From positions 6,944,001 through 7,008,000 of the forward strand of contig CM030332.1 in NCBI GenBank assembly GCA_017654855.1: a stretch of DNA of 64,000 nucleotides. Reading direction: 5' to 3'. The stretch comes from Podospora anserina. Its lineage: Eukaryota. The translations under genes and the position numbers were made by a program. Numbering within the stretch: the stretch's first letter is position 1; each line of letters opens with the position of its first letter. The notes beneath the pieces are model-generated. The model was not told where the DNA came from. It worked only from the letters and a program-made list of their open reading frames with translations, and searched no databases. Below, in pieces: positions 1 to 13,445 of the stretch.

Positions 1-1494
1 ACACATTTTCCTGCCTAGCTGCTGCTTCTTTGCTGAGTGGTGTACGTACTCGGTTACTGCCCGCCAAGCAAAAGTCACTCACTCGGTCTATGACTGCGTA
101 TTCTGCAATCTGCGTGTGACATTCACACAGCCTCACCAGAACACCAGACACCGACTTTTCCATGCAGCACACAAAAGGAGGCTGAGCCACCCGCTTCAGT
201 TCAATGGTCGCTTTGCGAACATACCTGATCCAGACCGGGAATTATCCTGTAACAGCAGTCATGCTTTCACACAAAAATCACTTGCAGACTTGTGAAGAGC
301 AAAACAAGACCTGAATTTATGAAAACTACCTGCCGCCCTGCATTGCCTGCCGTCCCCAGTTCAGTCTTGAGTGCGAGTCGCCTTCCCCAAACCCGGACCC
401 GGCGCAGCTTCCTAGTTCCACTTATTCCCGTCCGGCTTCCCCGACCATGACCGCAGGGGAAATTCTCCGAAGAAGGTCCACGGAGATGGTACAGTACTAG
501 CTAGTGCGTGATCGCATAGTCCTCTCTCCTGAATCACATCACCGCCAGCGGCCAATCCATCCCACTCCGCAGTTTCCCCCAACCAGCCATCCCCATGTGT
601 CACAGCCTCCTCGACTCAAAACCTCCCTGCCAAGCAATGCAACGACATGCCTCTGGATCTCCAACTACGCCTCTGCAAGCCCTTTAAAAGTACCACTGGG
701 AAGCGGAAATCACCAAAGACGCAAGTTCGGCTTTGCCAGATCTCCATCTCATCTTGCCCATCATTGCAAAAGAAAACGCTTCTTCCCCTGACCTCCCCAC
801 AAGCGGATCCCGATGCGATGAAGTGCAAGTGACGAAAAGGCATAATGGAAAAAAACAGAAAACAAAAACAAGAAAGAAAAGTTTGAGCGCGGTAGTCCGT
901 GTCGAAAGCGGTGTGCCTTGTGTTGTCAATCTGCTGTGGCGACCCGAAAAAACAGCTGCTCGAAACCGTCGACAGACAAGCAGTCTCCCCAATCCAACCA
1001 AGTTGCGCAGCATTATGTTGAATCTGGTCCGCCGGCAGCCGACCCTCTCTCGATATTCGACACCCCGAACAAGTCAGAGTGCCGGGCATGCCGTTCGTCC
1101 GATCAGTTTACCCAGTCCGAAATCCTCTCCAAGCTCCTAGCCATAGGGGCCAAGCAGCTTGCGAGAACACTTGTGAATAAACAGTCATCCGAGCCAGAAG
1201 GAAAGGGGGGAGGGAAGGGGAAGGGGGGGGGGGTCATAACCGATGAGATGCCGAAAAACGAAAAAAGAAAAAGACGCAATTCGTAAAACTGGGTGCTGAG
1301 GCGTGTATCTGCTATCGATGCTGATCCGCTCCCGGCAGAGCACGAGAATGTGCTCTGCCGTAGAAATCAAGGACAATTCATAGTGGGGGCCGCAGGTCGA
1401 CCATAACCCACACACAATCGATGAGAATCCACTAATGCTACAACCCAAGGGGAAAGAGGGTTCCGTGTGAAAATTGCCAGTATCAGGTGTTGCT

Positions 1495-2903
1495 TCACTC
1501 CATGGGGCGGTACTGTTTGGAAGCATATCCCGTGCCAGCGCCTTGACCTTTAGCGGCCGAGCGCAGCCTATTTATCGCAAACTGATTGTCAGCACTCCAT
1601 GTCAGCATTGTCCCTCCGGCCAGCGTTGATGAGCACACCAAACTCGAAGGAAATATGATTCCTTACTAGGAATGCTTTTGGGCTGTAACTCACATCCTGT
1701 CGCTTCCTCCGACGGCACGGTTGGTCTCGGGGGTCTCGCCGACCTTCCTGGTTCCGCGGGGGGCAGCGGGCTGGCTCTCCTTACGGGCGGCCGCAGTGTT
1801 GTCCTTGGATTCGGCGGCGGCCTGACCGGGCTGGTTGGCAGCCTGCTGGATGGCCTGGGCGTTCTTCTGATACTTGTACACAGTCCAGTCAAAGACATAG
1901 TCGTACTGGAAACCCTCGCGGACGAAGAGATCGCGGAAGATCTTGCGGAGGTAACTGTAGTCCGGCTTGTCGTCGAAGCGGAGCGAGCGAGTGTAGTTCA
2001 GGTAGATAGCAAACTCGTTAGGGAACCCGCGGCACAGCACATCGGTGGGCGTCGTCATCTTCTTCTCCATGATGCGGTCATACTTCTGCTTCTTGGTGGC
2101 AGCCTTGAGTCCCTGCCAAGGCAGAGATCCACGGCAAAAGTAGAGCATGACATAGCCGAGAGACTCCATGTCGTCACGGCGAGACTGCTCGACGCCCAGG
2201 TGAGTGTTGATAGACGCATAACGAGCGGTGCCAGTCAAGTTCTTGTTCTCTCTGTAAGGAATGTGGAAGTGCGTCTTGGGGTCGCGGTACTTCTTGGCCA
2301 AACCGAAATCGATCACGTTGACCTGGTTGCCGCGCTTACCGATACCCATGAGGAAGTTGTCGGGCTTGATGTCACGGTGGATGAACGACTTGGCGTGGAT
2401 GTACTCGATGCGGGAAATCAACTGGTCGGCCAGGAGCAGGACCGTCTTCAACGAGAACTTGCGGTTGCAGAAGTTGAAGAGATCCTCCAGGGAGGGGCCG
2501 AGGAGGTCCAGGACCATGGCATTGTAGTCGCACTCGGTGCCGAACCACCGCACGAAGGGAATGCCGACACCACCGGCAAGGGACTTGTAGACGCGGGCCT
2601 CATATTCCAGCTGGGGGTGCTTGGCCTTGACGCTTTCGAGCTTGATGGCAATTTCTTCGCCCGAGATGATGTTGGTGCCCAGGTAGATGTCGCCGAAAGA
2701 ACCGGAACCGATCTTGCGACCGATGCGGTACTTGTTACCGACGCGAAGATCCTATACGAACATGTCAGCTGTCATTTCGAACAAGATGTTTTTTTTTCAT
2801 TTTTTTTTCATTCGCTCCGATCGACGGCCATCAAGGCCATGATGGGGAAAAGCGAGATGCATCATCGCCGACCGAAGAAGGGGATGCGTACCATGGTAGT
2901 CAT
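1495..2903 (-). CDS. ck-1a: Casein kinase I, delta/epsilon type (Hhp1/Hrr25/CK-1a ortholog). Exons 2903-2892, 2751-1694, 1567-1495; ~380 aa for the long form
   Basis: Spliced start [24 protein letters not shown], plus [16 protein letters not shown] and [10 protein letters not shown] kinase motifs. Intron 1 is GTACGC...TAG (2891-2752). Intron 2 is GTGAGT (1693)...CTGAC...TAG (1568). A further in-frame ATG lies 18 nt upstream at 2921. Confidence 0.96.
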
Positions 2904-5900
2904 GCTGTTGGCGGATGTCATGTGTCGCTCCGAGAAGATTCAGTAGTGAATCGACAGTGGGAGGGTTTGAAGTCGTTCGGACGTTGCGAAAGGCTGTAGT
3001 TTAAATGGAGCCGTTAGCCTCTTGCCTAGGCGTGTTTCGAGGTTTCAGGTCTGGGGGCTTAGGGTAGAACCGGATGAGGGAAAAAATTGGGCACAGGCGG
3101 TGTAGCAGTGTGGTGTAGTGTAGTCAAAGGAACGACTCAAAGTCTTTCACCCGGTGCAACCAAGGGACATCGGTGCAGTGGGCAGATCAGATGCGTGATG
3201 ACGGGGAGTCTCGCCTCGGAATATGAGGACGGTGAAAAAGGCGGATAAGGACGTCTCGCATCCGCCCAGAACTCGGGACCGGGAACTGAGCCCTTTTCTT
3301 AGGGGCCACGAGCCGGCCCAGCAAGGGGGGGTAAAACGAAGCCAAAAACAACAAATGCATCTGTGTCTTGTTTCCAACTCACCTATTGATATCCGCAATG
3401 GGGGAGTGTGTTCGATCAAGTCGCGGGTCGGCCGGGGTCGATGTGTCGACGACGGGTTCGGTTGTGGTGAGGTGAGTTGTCGAATGGAGGGGGAAGGATT
3501 TCCTGCTTCCGACCGTGGAAGGGGTGGAAGGGGTGGCAAGGAACAGAGATCAGGGCCTGTTAAGCGGGCGGATTGTGGTTAGCTCGCAGTTGTGGACCAG
3601 GCACGAGAAAAACAAGACACGACAATGGCAAACAATGGGCGCGGGGAAGGGGGCTTCTTACCCTCAGAATAGCCCTTCTGCGCTATTGCTGTCAAAGGGC
3701 GGGAGACGGTGACGATATTTGGGAAAGGAGAAGGGCAGAGGAGAGCGAGGGAGAGAGAATGGAAAGTGTTGGTTGCTGGAGACCTGAAAGACCTGGGCTG
3801 GGCTGGGCCAACCTGACAGGCTGACTGGCGAGGTCCATGCTGGGGCGGGCTCGGCGTCCACCCCCCGGTGTGGGACGAGAGGTGGGCAGGCTCTCCAGTT
3901 GCTGGCCTCGCCCCGACCAGACGCATGGACCGCACAGTGCGGGTATGCGACACCGAAGCTCTCGCAACCTGAACAGCCGTTTCAGGCACAGCCAGCAAGC
4001 AGCCCAATCCGGATTCGTGTCTTTGTTGACATCAGACATGAGCAGCCAACTCCTACAGTTCGCATTTGAGCATTATACAGAGAAACGACAGGCGTTGGGC
4101 TCGCCAGGGTTTGTTCATGGGGCGTTGGCGCTGGGCTTGTGTCGCCTTCTGGTAGGCAGGCAGGCGGGTGGGCGGACAGCAGTTCTCCTCACGTGCCCGA
4201 CGCACAGTGCAGGAAACGCACTTTTTTTTTTGGGAAAGTGGGATTATCCAAACTTGGACTTTCTCTTTGCCCGCCTTTTCCAACTCATGCTTCCTCCATC
4301 ATGCACCCAAGGGATATCCAAGCTAACTTGCAAATAACGAAGTCATGTGTGTTTTTTTTCTTGCTTCCCGGCAGTTTGGGTCAAACACTTTTGCCTGCTT
4401 CTTTTGAAAACGAACGATAAACCCGACGCCCTTTCGGAAATGGAAGCCTTGGAAACTGCAGTTGCTGTCTGTCTGTCTTTCGCCTACGCACCTATCAAAC
4501 GGCCGCCCCAAAGCCTGCGGCGGCGCTATCGACCATCAGCGCCTATTATTAAATCCCGTACGAAAACATAGATCCGCGCTCCATTTCGGTGCATCTCGAC
4601 CTTCCACTTTTCCTGTAAACAACGCTAAGAAAACGGCATCGCTGCAACGGGTCAGCCGAAGTGTATACTACTCACCCTGTATCCCGGCTTTTGCGAGCGG
4701 TGGGAACGAGGTCGTAGGGCGTGAGCAGGGGGGGGGCATTCAACTCTCCAAAATCCACGATTGGCTGATATGGGAGGGAACCTGGAAGGCATCCAGAACG
4801 CCCCCCTCAAGACCACCCTCAAGTTTGCCTTTCTCCCGGACATGAAGGTTGCCTCTAGATGTTTCTGGACCGCCCACCGCCTCTCCCACGTCGTTTCCGA
4901 TTCAGATCGGCATTTCCAGGAGAAACATGTTCAAAAAGTTGTAACTTACGGCCCGCGGTCGTGCCCGCGTGTGCTGATTTGTCCAAGGGTGCGCCCTTTT
5001 GATGAGGGGAAGCAAGGGCTTCCCATGATGTGTGGCTTTCCCCTCACTCGGGCCGCGACCCACACTTGACAGCATCCCAAAAAATGATTCAGATGACCTT
5101 TTTTTTTTCTTTCTTTTTTTTTCTTTTTTGGGTCAGGTAGTGATACACTACGCACGTATTGGTCCTATTACCGCTCAGCCCGAGAGTCGAAACAAGCGGG
5201 CAAAGTTGTTGTTTCTCCACGTTTTTGGTCTGTGTTTGTTGTTTTGCTTGTGCCAGATCTATGCAAGTCATCCATCCCCAGACTGATTCACCCACAGCCC
5301 CCCCTCCTCCCCCTTCTCTTGATTCGGTCACCAACCCAGTAGTTCGACACCGAACACGACGCGATGTATCGAGCCGACTCACTTTGATGGCATCGTTCAT
5401 CCGCGGCCCTGGGTTGAGGGCTGTGAGAAGACATCGGCGTTCTCTCTCTTCCCCAAAATTAGAAACCGGTTTCGGGGGCCGCCTTGTCTATCTTTCTTAT
5501 TGAAGCCAAGGGGTGTGCCCGCCATTGGCTTCCTTCCACGCTACTGCGTAGAACAACCTATATTATTCTTTCGCCACAGAGTGCCCACGTGAGGAGCTGT
5601 GTGAGATAAGAGGTTGTGTTTGTACGACAGCGAAGAAGGTTTGTGTAGGTACAGAGCCCATCTCCGATCAACTCCTCTCTACATGTACGGTTTTGGTGTA
5701 ATAAAAGGTCGGAGATTTACTAACCCGACCTACTCATTCTCAGTCCGATCCGTTAGTAGTTCCGAGATAGCCGGGCTTTGGTGCTGGTGTCACAATGACC
5801 ATTCGAGATCGGGGATTAGGGAGGGAGTGGGAGGCAGGTTGCACAAAGATACACCCGGTGTTGGGTTGGGCATAGACATCGGAGTTATCGAACATGGGTC

Positions 5901-8865
5901 CAACCGTGCTCGGTGTCGAAAGACACTGTGGATGAGGTAATGTCTGGTTCTCGACATGGTCAGCTTGTCACGTAACTCGGAGTGAGTTTCGATGTTGAGA
6001 AGTGGGAGGTAGGTAGGACGGGAGATGTCATCATGTCTTACTGAATCAGAGTTTGGGTGTTGGGCATGCCAGATCTGGGCTGCTTCATTTGTCTGTGGCT
6101 GAGGCTTCAGGCTATGGTGACATCTTATGGACTGGGGATATTGTGATCCAGAGCTCTTTCTTGCTTTAGTTGAGGTAGATCTGGTGTCATGGAATGTTCT
6201 CATGACTGCTCATCATTTGACGAGAAAATCTCATGATAGGCACCACTCCGATAGTTATGGGTCTACGACCACGTGTATAGGGAGGTAATTGGAGGTCGAT
6301 GAATGGCCCGGAAATGAACCTGCTTACAACTTGTACAGTCCATTACATACCCCGCTGGACCCCTCTTCCACCGTAGCCCAATACCCCGCCGCAAACCTGT
6401 CGATATTGCAGTTCAGGGTCCATGGAGTTGTGGATTTGGTTGTGAATTCGGAAGGTGGGGCAGAGTTCACAAGCGGCATGAAAAAAGGCGAAACCCCTTT
6501 ATGCAGGCGCGGACAAGGGAAGGGCCCGGTAATTGTGGAATTGTGTCGATGATAAGACTTGGCACTTAATCAACACCCCGGACCAAGGGTCCTCGATCCA
6601 TCACCGTGCCCCGTCCCCCGTGTCCCGGCTGATGTTGCATCTTCAGGGTCCAACCTGCAGCCACCGAGATCTCGATTTGATTTGGTTTGGTTGTCGAGAG
6701 CGGGAAGTGAAGGAAGTGAAGGCGAGGAGAAGGAGGAAAAAGCAAGTGAAAAAAGAAGGGTGGGATGTCTGAGATGGGGGACGAAACCTGGACTCCTGCA
6801 GCTCACCGTTGGGGGTTGAAATGGCTCGGGAGAAGGTGAGAAATGACGCATGTGCTGACGAGGGCGGCACCAAACAGAGCTGGTAGGGAGATAAACATGA
6901 TATATACACCCTTTACCATAGCTGTCGTTGAGTGCCTCTGATCCGATCACCACAACCCCTCTCTCGGCTCCGTAGCCGACGGGAGAAGCAAACACCGGGA
7001 CGCCGGCAGGACCGCAATTCCAATGACCAGACCCCCGTTGCCGGTCAGTCCACCATCGTGAAGTGACCTTCCTTGTCGTCTGCTCCACCGCTGTCGTCTC
7101 TGCGTAGTGTTTCCTTTTTGACATGATTTCTTCGTTTTTCGTAGTAGCAAACAAACACTGCCGAGGGGTTGTTCATTTCTCAAGAGTTCTTGGTGGCTGA
7201 TCTGGATGCGACACAAGTGGACAAGCGAAGGGCCAAGGAGAAAAAGGGTTGTTCGCGATTGCTGCCCCCCCCCAGAACGGACCCCAGACGCCGAGACGGA
7301 GAGCTTGGTGGTTCCATAACTTTTTATTAACGTGACCACCCAAGGAGGAGTCTTCAGGGTCAAAGTCCAACACCTTTCCCCCCCCCCTCCCCATCCCTTT
7401 TTCATCCCAAACAACCGGACAAAGAGAGAGGGCGAGTTAATATTCTGCTTCTATCGCAGCATTCTTTATTTACTTTGAAGCTGAGTGTAACATCCTGTTG
7501 GCAAACACAACACCTAGGATCACCACCATCACGTACCTGCGCAATTGTTTGCAGATTCCCATATTCCCAGATTCCCGCCGCACCTACCTGGCCCCGAATC
7601 TCCACCTCGACCTGCGCGAGCGATCCACACAGCATTCTCCAGCTTTCCCACGGCGCGAAGCAAAACTGCAGCTTGTTTTGTTTCGCGACATTCTGGTGGA
7701 AGATCCCCCCCCCCAAGTATCCAGAAGGTATCCAGAACCTAAGCTGGAAGCAATCAGTTTCGCACTTTTGACGCTCTGTCGCTCCCTTTTCTTGGTTGAA
7801 CTCTTGTTCGCTTCGGTGTGGCCGCGTGGTGAGCTCTTGGTAACGACGATCCCCGAACTGGAATCCACCAAGACCCATTCCTCCTCCTCCGCGAGCCCCG
7901 TCCGCCGCCAGTCATCCGCCCGCTACCCTCTCTGTCTCAACAATTCCAAACCGCGGCCTCTGTTTCCCCCCTTGCAGCGTCGCAAAAATCAATTCGCAGT
8001 TCGCGTTCGACCTTCTCTCCGATACGGTACGGTAGTGACCACTGTTGGCAGCCATCGTGCGCGTTTCTTGCCGTCTGCTGCTCTTGAGATACCTAACCTG
8101 GGCTGCCCTACGTCAGGGGCTTCAACTTTGCCAGCTGCAGACAGACGCGACATTGCCGATTGGACATCCGCCTACTACCGGACGACAACCCAAAGCCTTT
8201 CACGGCCAGAAGTCAATTTGGTTGCAAAACGACCTGCATCACGTAGTGAATTATTCTTCGCGCCATCTCACCTTCCAACGCAACCAACCCATCATCCCCA
8301 GACCAGTACCAAGTCAAAGTACCCGCCGCCCAGTCGAGCGAGCACAGCGTGTGCAGTCGAATCTCGATCGAAATAGAGACGAACCAGCCAGCCAGTCTTT
8401 TGAGTCTGTCGCTGTTGTGTGATCTCGGAAAACCTGCTCCGAACCGGCTGCTGCTGCTAAGTTAGCACAGAGAGAAAAGACCGAGATCAACTGCTAGGAG
8501 CATTGCCTAGGAGGTGTTCGAAGGGGGAATTGAAACAGAGACGGGCCCGGGGCCCCACGAACAGCCGTTGGCCAAACTTGACCTTCTTATCTCTAGCAAC
8601 AGACACAGACAACTGGTATGACGCTAGCTCCAACCAAAAGGAATGAATGAAGTGCCAGACATTTTTGACACGGTGCCACAGGGAAAAAAGAAAGAAAAAA
8701 AAAAGAAAAAGAAAAACAAGCAGCACGAAAACCCGACATCCGCCCAGGCCCGCCTCTCGGAAGCCTCTACGGTAACCTTCAATCATACACAGACATCACA
8801 TCGTGCATCGTGTCCTATCGCATCTTTGCATTCACCGACGCTCGCCTTATCGTGTCCTGCCCATC

Positions 8866-10923
8866 ATGGCCACCGCCCAACCAGATCACGGTGAGTTGAG
8901 CGCCTGTCCCCCTGCAACACCCCTTGGAGATGAACACCCCCCCCCCAAACTCAAAACACGCGGCGGTCAAGTGTGACTGGTGCGTGGGTCGAAAACATGG
9001 GACGGATTTGCGCGGACGTGTGCCCACTTCCCAGTTTTCGTTGATGTTGGCGTCTGGGCAATTTCTATCGGTTCGCTCTGCCGTCGAGCCTGCTGTGTCA
9101 TGTTAAGGAGATTGGTGTTTCATCTTCCTCTCACAGTCGTCATTTGCATGCATGGTGCCGCCGTCCCCGATCCACCACCGTTCCTTGCTCGCAACCTGCC
9201 CGCCTGATGATTTACTGACGTGCTGGCCCTGCTCTAGATCAGCAGTCTGATCGGTTGTTCCTCAACCTTCCCTCCAACAACCCTTTCCGCAACCGCGCTG
9301 CGTCGCCCGCTCAGCAAAGTCCAACCTCGCCCTTTGACGACCCTCCTCCGCGCCCTACTTCGCGCAACCCTTTTCTGGATCCCACCATTGCCAACAGGGC
9401 CAGCAACCCAAATATCCGATCTGTTTCCGACAACATGTCGTCATACGATAAGCGCCCGTCGCTCACGGCCGAAGAAATATTCGTAGGTTTCTCGTCATTT
9501 TCTGAGCGTCCGCCATTGATACAACGAGAGTATGACGGAACCTTGAATTAACGCCGCTTGACTCGCAGGGTTCGTTGACGCTAGAGGAGTCCAACTCTGC
9601 AGCTGCGGGAGCTGAGGCCCCGAAGCCTCCCATGGGCCGCCGCGGTCCTCTGCCACCGGGACGTGAGAATGTGCCGAATGCTAGCCGCAATGGCCCGGGG
9701 CCCAACCACCGTCCCACTCGATCCCAGGAAGAGGCTATGCGTGCCGGTCGGAAGCAGTCCAACGCCGAACTGTTGATCCCTATCGACACACCCCGCTCCC
9801 CTCCGAGACAGCGCCAGGACCAGCGAAGGCCCCGTAGAAATTCCGACTCTTCCATTGTCGGTGCCGATAAGATCATGACCGAGGAAGAGAAGAAGGCCCG
9901 GGATCAGAGACGTCGTGAGCGTGAACGTCGGCAACGCGAGGCTGGTGGCAAGGATAGGAAGCCCGCCAGCCGCAAGCTCGACATTATCGATCAATTAGAT
10001 GCCACCAGCATCTATGGAACAGGAAGTATGTGGTTCTCGCACTCTTTGTTTCTGGAGCTTTTGATTCTAATCTTTGGACAGTCTTCCATCACGACGGACC
10101 TTTCGATGCCCTCAACCCCCACCGCAACCGCACTGGCAGCCGGCGTGCACCTATGCAAGCCTTCCCTGAAGGCTCGCTCAACAACACCCTCGGTGGTTCT
10201 GGTCCTCTGAACGCTCGCCCCGACCACTCGACATTCTTGGGTGGACACGACGATGAAGCTTTCAGGGAGTGGTCCAAGGGCTCCAAGGATAGAAACGGCG
10301 CTCCTCCCACGACCAGCAAGGGCGAGTTGCCCATGTTTGACCCCCTCAGCCGCGGCAACGTCCTCCACGGCGATGAATCCCTCGGGCTCGGCACGTCGAC
10401 CTTTTTGGAGGGCGCCCCGGCCGCCCGCACAGCGATCCAGAAACGCGAGGAGGAGCGAGCTCAAGAGGTTATGCAGGAAGGGCTGCAGCGCAAGAAGTCC
10501 CTCGCCCATCGTATCCGCAACATCAACCGCCAGCCCCGCGATTTCCAGGCTTCTGGCAGAACCACCAACCCCGAAGGAGCCTACGGGTCTCGCCGATCCC
10601 CCTCCGAGAGCGGACCCGCCTCTGCTGGCGCCAACGGGGAGCGCAACCCATTCTTCAACGAATATGGCCAACCGAGGGGTGAAGAGGGATTCAGCGTGCG
10701 CAAGGAGTCCAACGCCGGGCCCAAGTCTCCCGGCAGCCCCAAGGGTGGTTACGGCCTCGAGCGGAGATCGACGACGGACGGCACAGGCGGCGAAGATGGC
10801 CCACAACCTAAGAGTGGTGGAATCTTGGGCCGCATGAAGAGTCTGAAGGGCGGACGGCGCCAGCGTCCTGGCCAGGGCAGCTCTGATATGGGCATGCCTC
10901 CTGCTCCTGGAACCGCGGTTTAG
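8866..10923 (+). CDS. pal1: Pal1-family cell morphology/endocytic protein. Exons 8866-8890, 9238-9482, 9569-10025, 10082-10923; ~522 aa
   Basis: Splicing restores the Pal1 core LDIIDQLDATSIYGTG-IFHHDGPFDALNPHRN...APMQAFP and HGDESLGLGTSTFLEGAPA. Three NPF motifs are present. All three introns are GT...AG with branch-like sites and consistent phase. The first micro-exon is less certain. Confidence 0.88.
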
Positions 10924-12230
10924 AGGAACCACTGGTCGATTCGGGGACGACTGCTTCGCATGGGGTCTTTTACGAGGTGTTTTGGGGAGAGGAGAGAGCG
11001 TCTATGACGTGCAGTGAGGATGGTGGCTGAGACAACAACCAGGAAGAGAAGGGAGAGGAAGTCGAGCCGTGTAATTTTTTTTTGTGGTGCAAAGGAGACG
11101 GACGGGACGGGATCAGGTTGGATGGCTTGTTGTTTTTGATTTCAGTACACGGAGAAAATTCAGGAACAGGCCAGTTTTTTTTCTTTTCTTTGTCGAGAGG
11201 CGTCCTAGCTCCCTGCGCGTGTGGGATGTGTGGTGAATGTTGTACATAGAACCCGTTGTTGCTTTGGTGATGACTTTTCTTGTTTCGTCGCTCTTGTTGC
11301 TGGGGTTCCTAGGAAGGGTTGAGAGTTTACTCGGTTACTGTTGTTCAGGATGAAGTCTGACATTCACGGAAAAACCACTGGCAAAAGGAGAGGGGGACTG
11401 CGCTGGTGGTTTTGGGACAGTTGGTTTGTGTAAGAGGTAGTAGTGTTGTTGATAATCTTGAATTGAGTAGGCAGTATTGATTTTGATTTTGCGGTCGAGC
11501 CAATGGGTTGTGATTATGGTGCTTTGCTTGGTGGGTAGTTGGTGGGTTAGTGGGTAAGGGGCTGGCGATGGGGCAGATCAAAGGGGCTAATGTAAGGAAC
11601 GGGTGGGTTTTATGGGAGGGGGGGGGCAGGCTGTCAGAATCAGGGTTTTGTGGGTGAGGCGGTGTTTGGATTAGGGGTTGGGGTGAAACGGTTATGGAGA
11701 TGGGGATCTGGAAGGAAGACTGTCTTTCCTATGAGGAATAGATCTAGTCAGATATAGTTATGGTGACTTTTCAGAGTCTGGGTCAGAGGAACGGTGACGG
11801 TGTTGGTGTTGAGGGCGGTGGATAAGTTTATGCAGCAGTTATGCATGTCACTGGCCAAGCATGAGTTGCTTTCTGATTTCCTGAGCAAAGGTTGGGAGGC
11901 GCATTTACATGTCCAAGGTAAGGGGGCAGTGGAGTTTTCAGGTACCCCATATTCAACATCAGGTATTTTGACATTGTAAATGCGATTTTCAATCGAACAA
12001 TTGGCGGAGGACTTTTTGCTCCCTGTGTAAGTTGGGCGCTGGTAAAGCTTCTTCTTTGTGACCTGAGCAAGCTCACTCAACCACATCTCCATCAGTTCAG
12101 ATTCGCTACACCACACAGTCACTACACCAAAAAGTGATATTTTCAAAACTTGACTCGAATCTGACTTGGACTTTTTGATCGGAAATAAAGCTTTTAATTG
12201 ATTTACTTTGGCAACAACACCTGCAATTCA

Positions 12231-12553
12231 ATGGACACAACAACCCAACCCCCACCTCCACCTCCCACGACAACTACTACAACTACTACAACAACAACAA
12301 CAACAACAACAGCAACAACAACAACTACAACAACGCAATTCGACTCCTTAATCCCTCCACCCAAAACCGCACTCTCCTTATTGTCTCGATCCATCCAAAC
12401 ACAGCAAACCAAACCAAGATATCCCACCGGCTGTGCAGAGTTTGATCAAAATGTCTTGTTGGGCGGGCTGGATGGTGGTTCGGTGGTGGGGATAAGTTCG
12501 GAGGATGACGACTTCTCTCTTGCTGTATGCTCCCTCGTTCACTTGTGATCCCT

Positions 12554-12584
<31 letters not shown>

Positions 12585-13445
12585 CTTTTTTCTCTTCCCG
12601 CTCCACCCGCTGGTTTGTAGTTCTCCTAACCTGAATAATTGCAGCTCGCATTACAAACCATCGCCGTCGCCCTCACACAAGCGGCCCACGAGAAAACGGC
12701 CTTGATAGTGACCACCCTGCCAGTCCAAAGCCTGCTCCCGAAGCTGCGACAAGTGCTGGCAGAGCAGCTCTCCAGAATTGGCGGGGCCGTCGACCTCGGC
12801 TCCAAAGTCAGAGAGCGTCTCTCCCTCGTTTCCATCTCCCGCATCTTTGACCTCCACGGTCTGGTCGAAGTCCTCGGTGAACTTTCTCTTCGCCAAGGCA
12901 GCGGGGGGGGAGCGCCTGATGCCGTCCTGGTCATGGGCACGGCAGCCCTGATCAGCAGCCTTTTCACCTCCAAGTCGACCGATAAAGCTGCCGCTCATGG
13001 GTTCGTGGCCAATCTCGCTGTCCAGCTGGGCAGGGTTGCGAGGGGAGGACCGCTGGTGATGCTGCTCAACTCTGCTACCGCGTTGCACAACGACGGCGTG
13101 CCCCTACCCCCGGCAGCCGAGACCGGCGGGGGGGAGAGGAAGCTGGAGGTCGGGGGGTTGACGTCTATTTTTTGGACGGGGGGAGCAGGACAGCAACACG
13201 GGAGGAAAAGTGACAGCAGGCCGGCGTGGGGACAGGTTTTTGGGAGGTTGGTGGGGGTGCATTTGTTCTGTACGAGGCGTGATGTTGGGTGGGTGGTCGA
13301 GGTGCTAGGGGACGAGGTTGGGGTTTTTGAAAGAGAGGCAGATGAAAAGGGGGAGGGCGAGGTCTGGACGAGGAGGAACAGGGAGCAGAGGTGGGGGGTT
13401 TTGGAGAGGGACGAGGGGGGGGTGGTGGTTGATGTTGTGATTTAA
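12231..13445 (+). CDS. Divergent RecA/Rad51-fold protein (Rad51-paralog-like) lacking canonical Walker A/B. Exons 12231-12524, 12645-13445; ~364 aa
   Basis: PTGCAEFDQNVLLGGLDGGSVVGIS resembles the Rad51-family TG-x3-LD-x2-L-GG-x3-G segment. ISRIFDLHGLVEVL, LVMLLNS and RPAWGQVF match later paralog motifs in the correct order. Intron GTATGC...CTAAC...CAG is phase 0. Confidence 0.7.
12268..12335 (+). repeat. Imperfect (ACA/ACT)n trinucleotide run encoding poly-Thr in the N-terminus of the Rad51-like gene
   Basis: Directly visible acaactactacaactactacaacaacaacaac... run. Confidence 0.85.

Noticed and set aside
182-224. Minus-strand GTATGT...CAG intron-like unit far downstream of CK1
   Set aside because: Only 43 nt long with an imperfect branch site and no supporting exon context
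1672-2946. 424-aa plus-strand ORF
   Set aside because: Antisense shadow of the codon-biased casein kinase I gene; no independent motifs
7498-8376. 292-codon ORF upstream of pal1
   Set aside because: Starts at TTG, has no in-frame ATG and no recognisable domain; more likely leader sequence
11748-12146. 132-codon Cys-containing minus-strand ORF
   Set aside because: No signal peptide or recognisable motif; cannot be distinguished from chance
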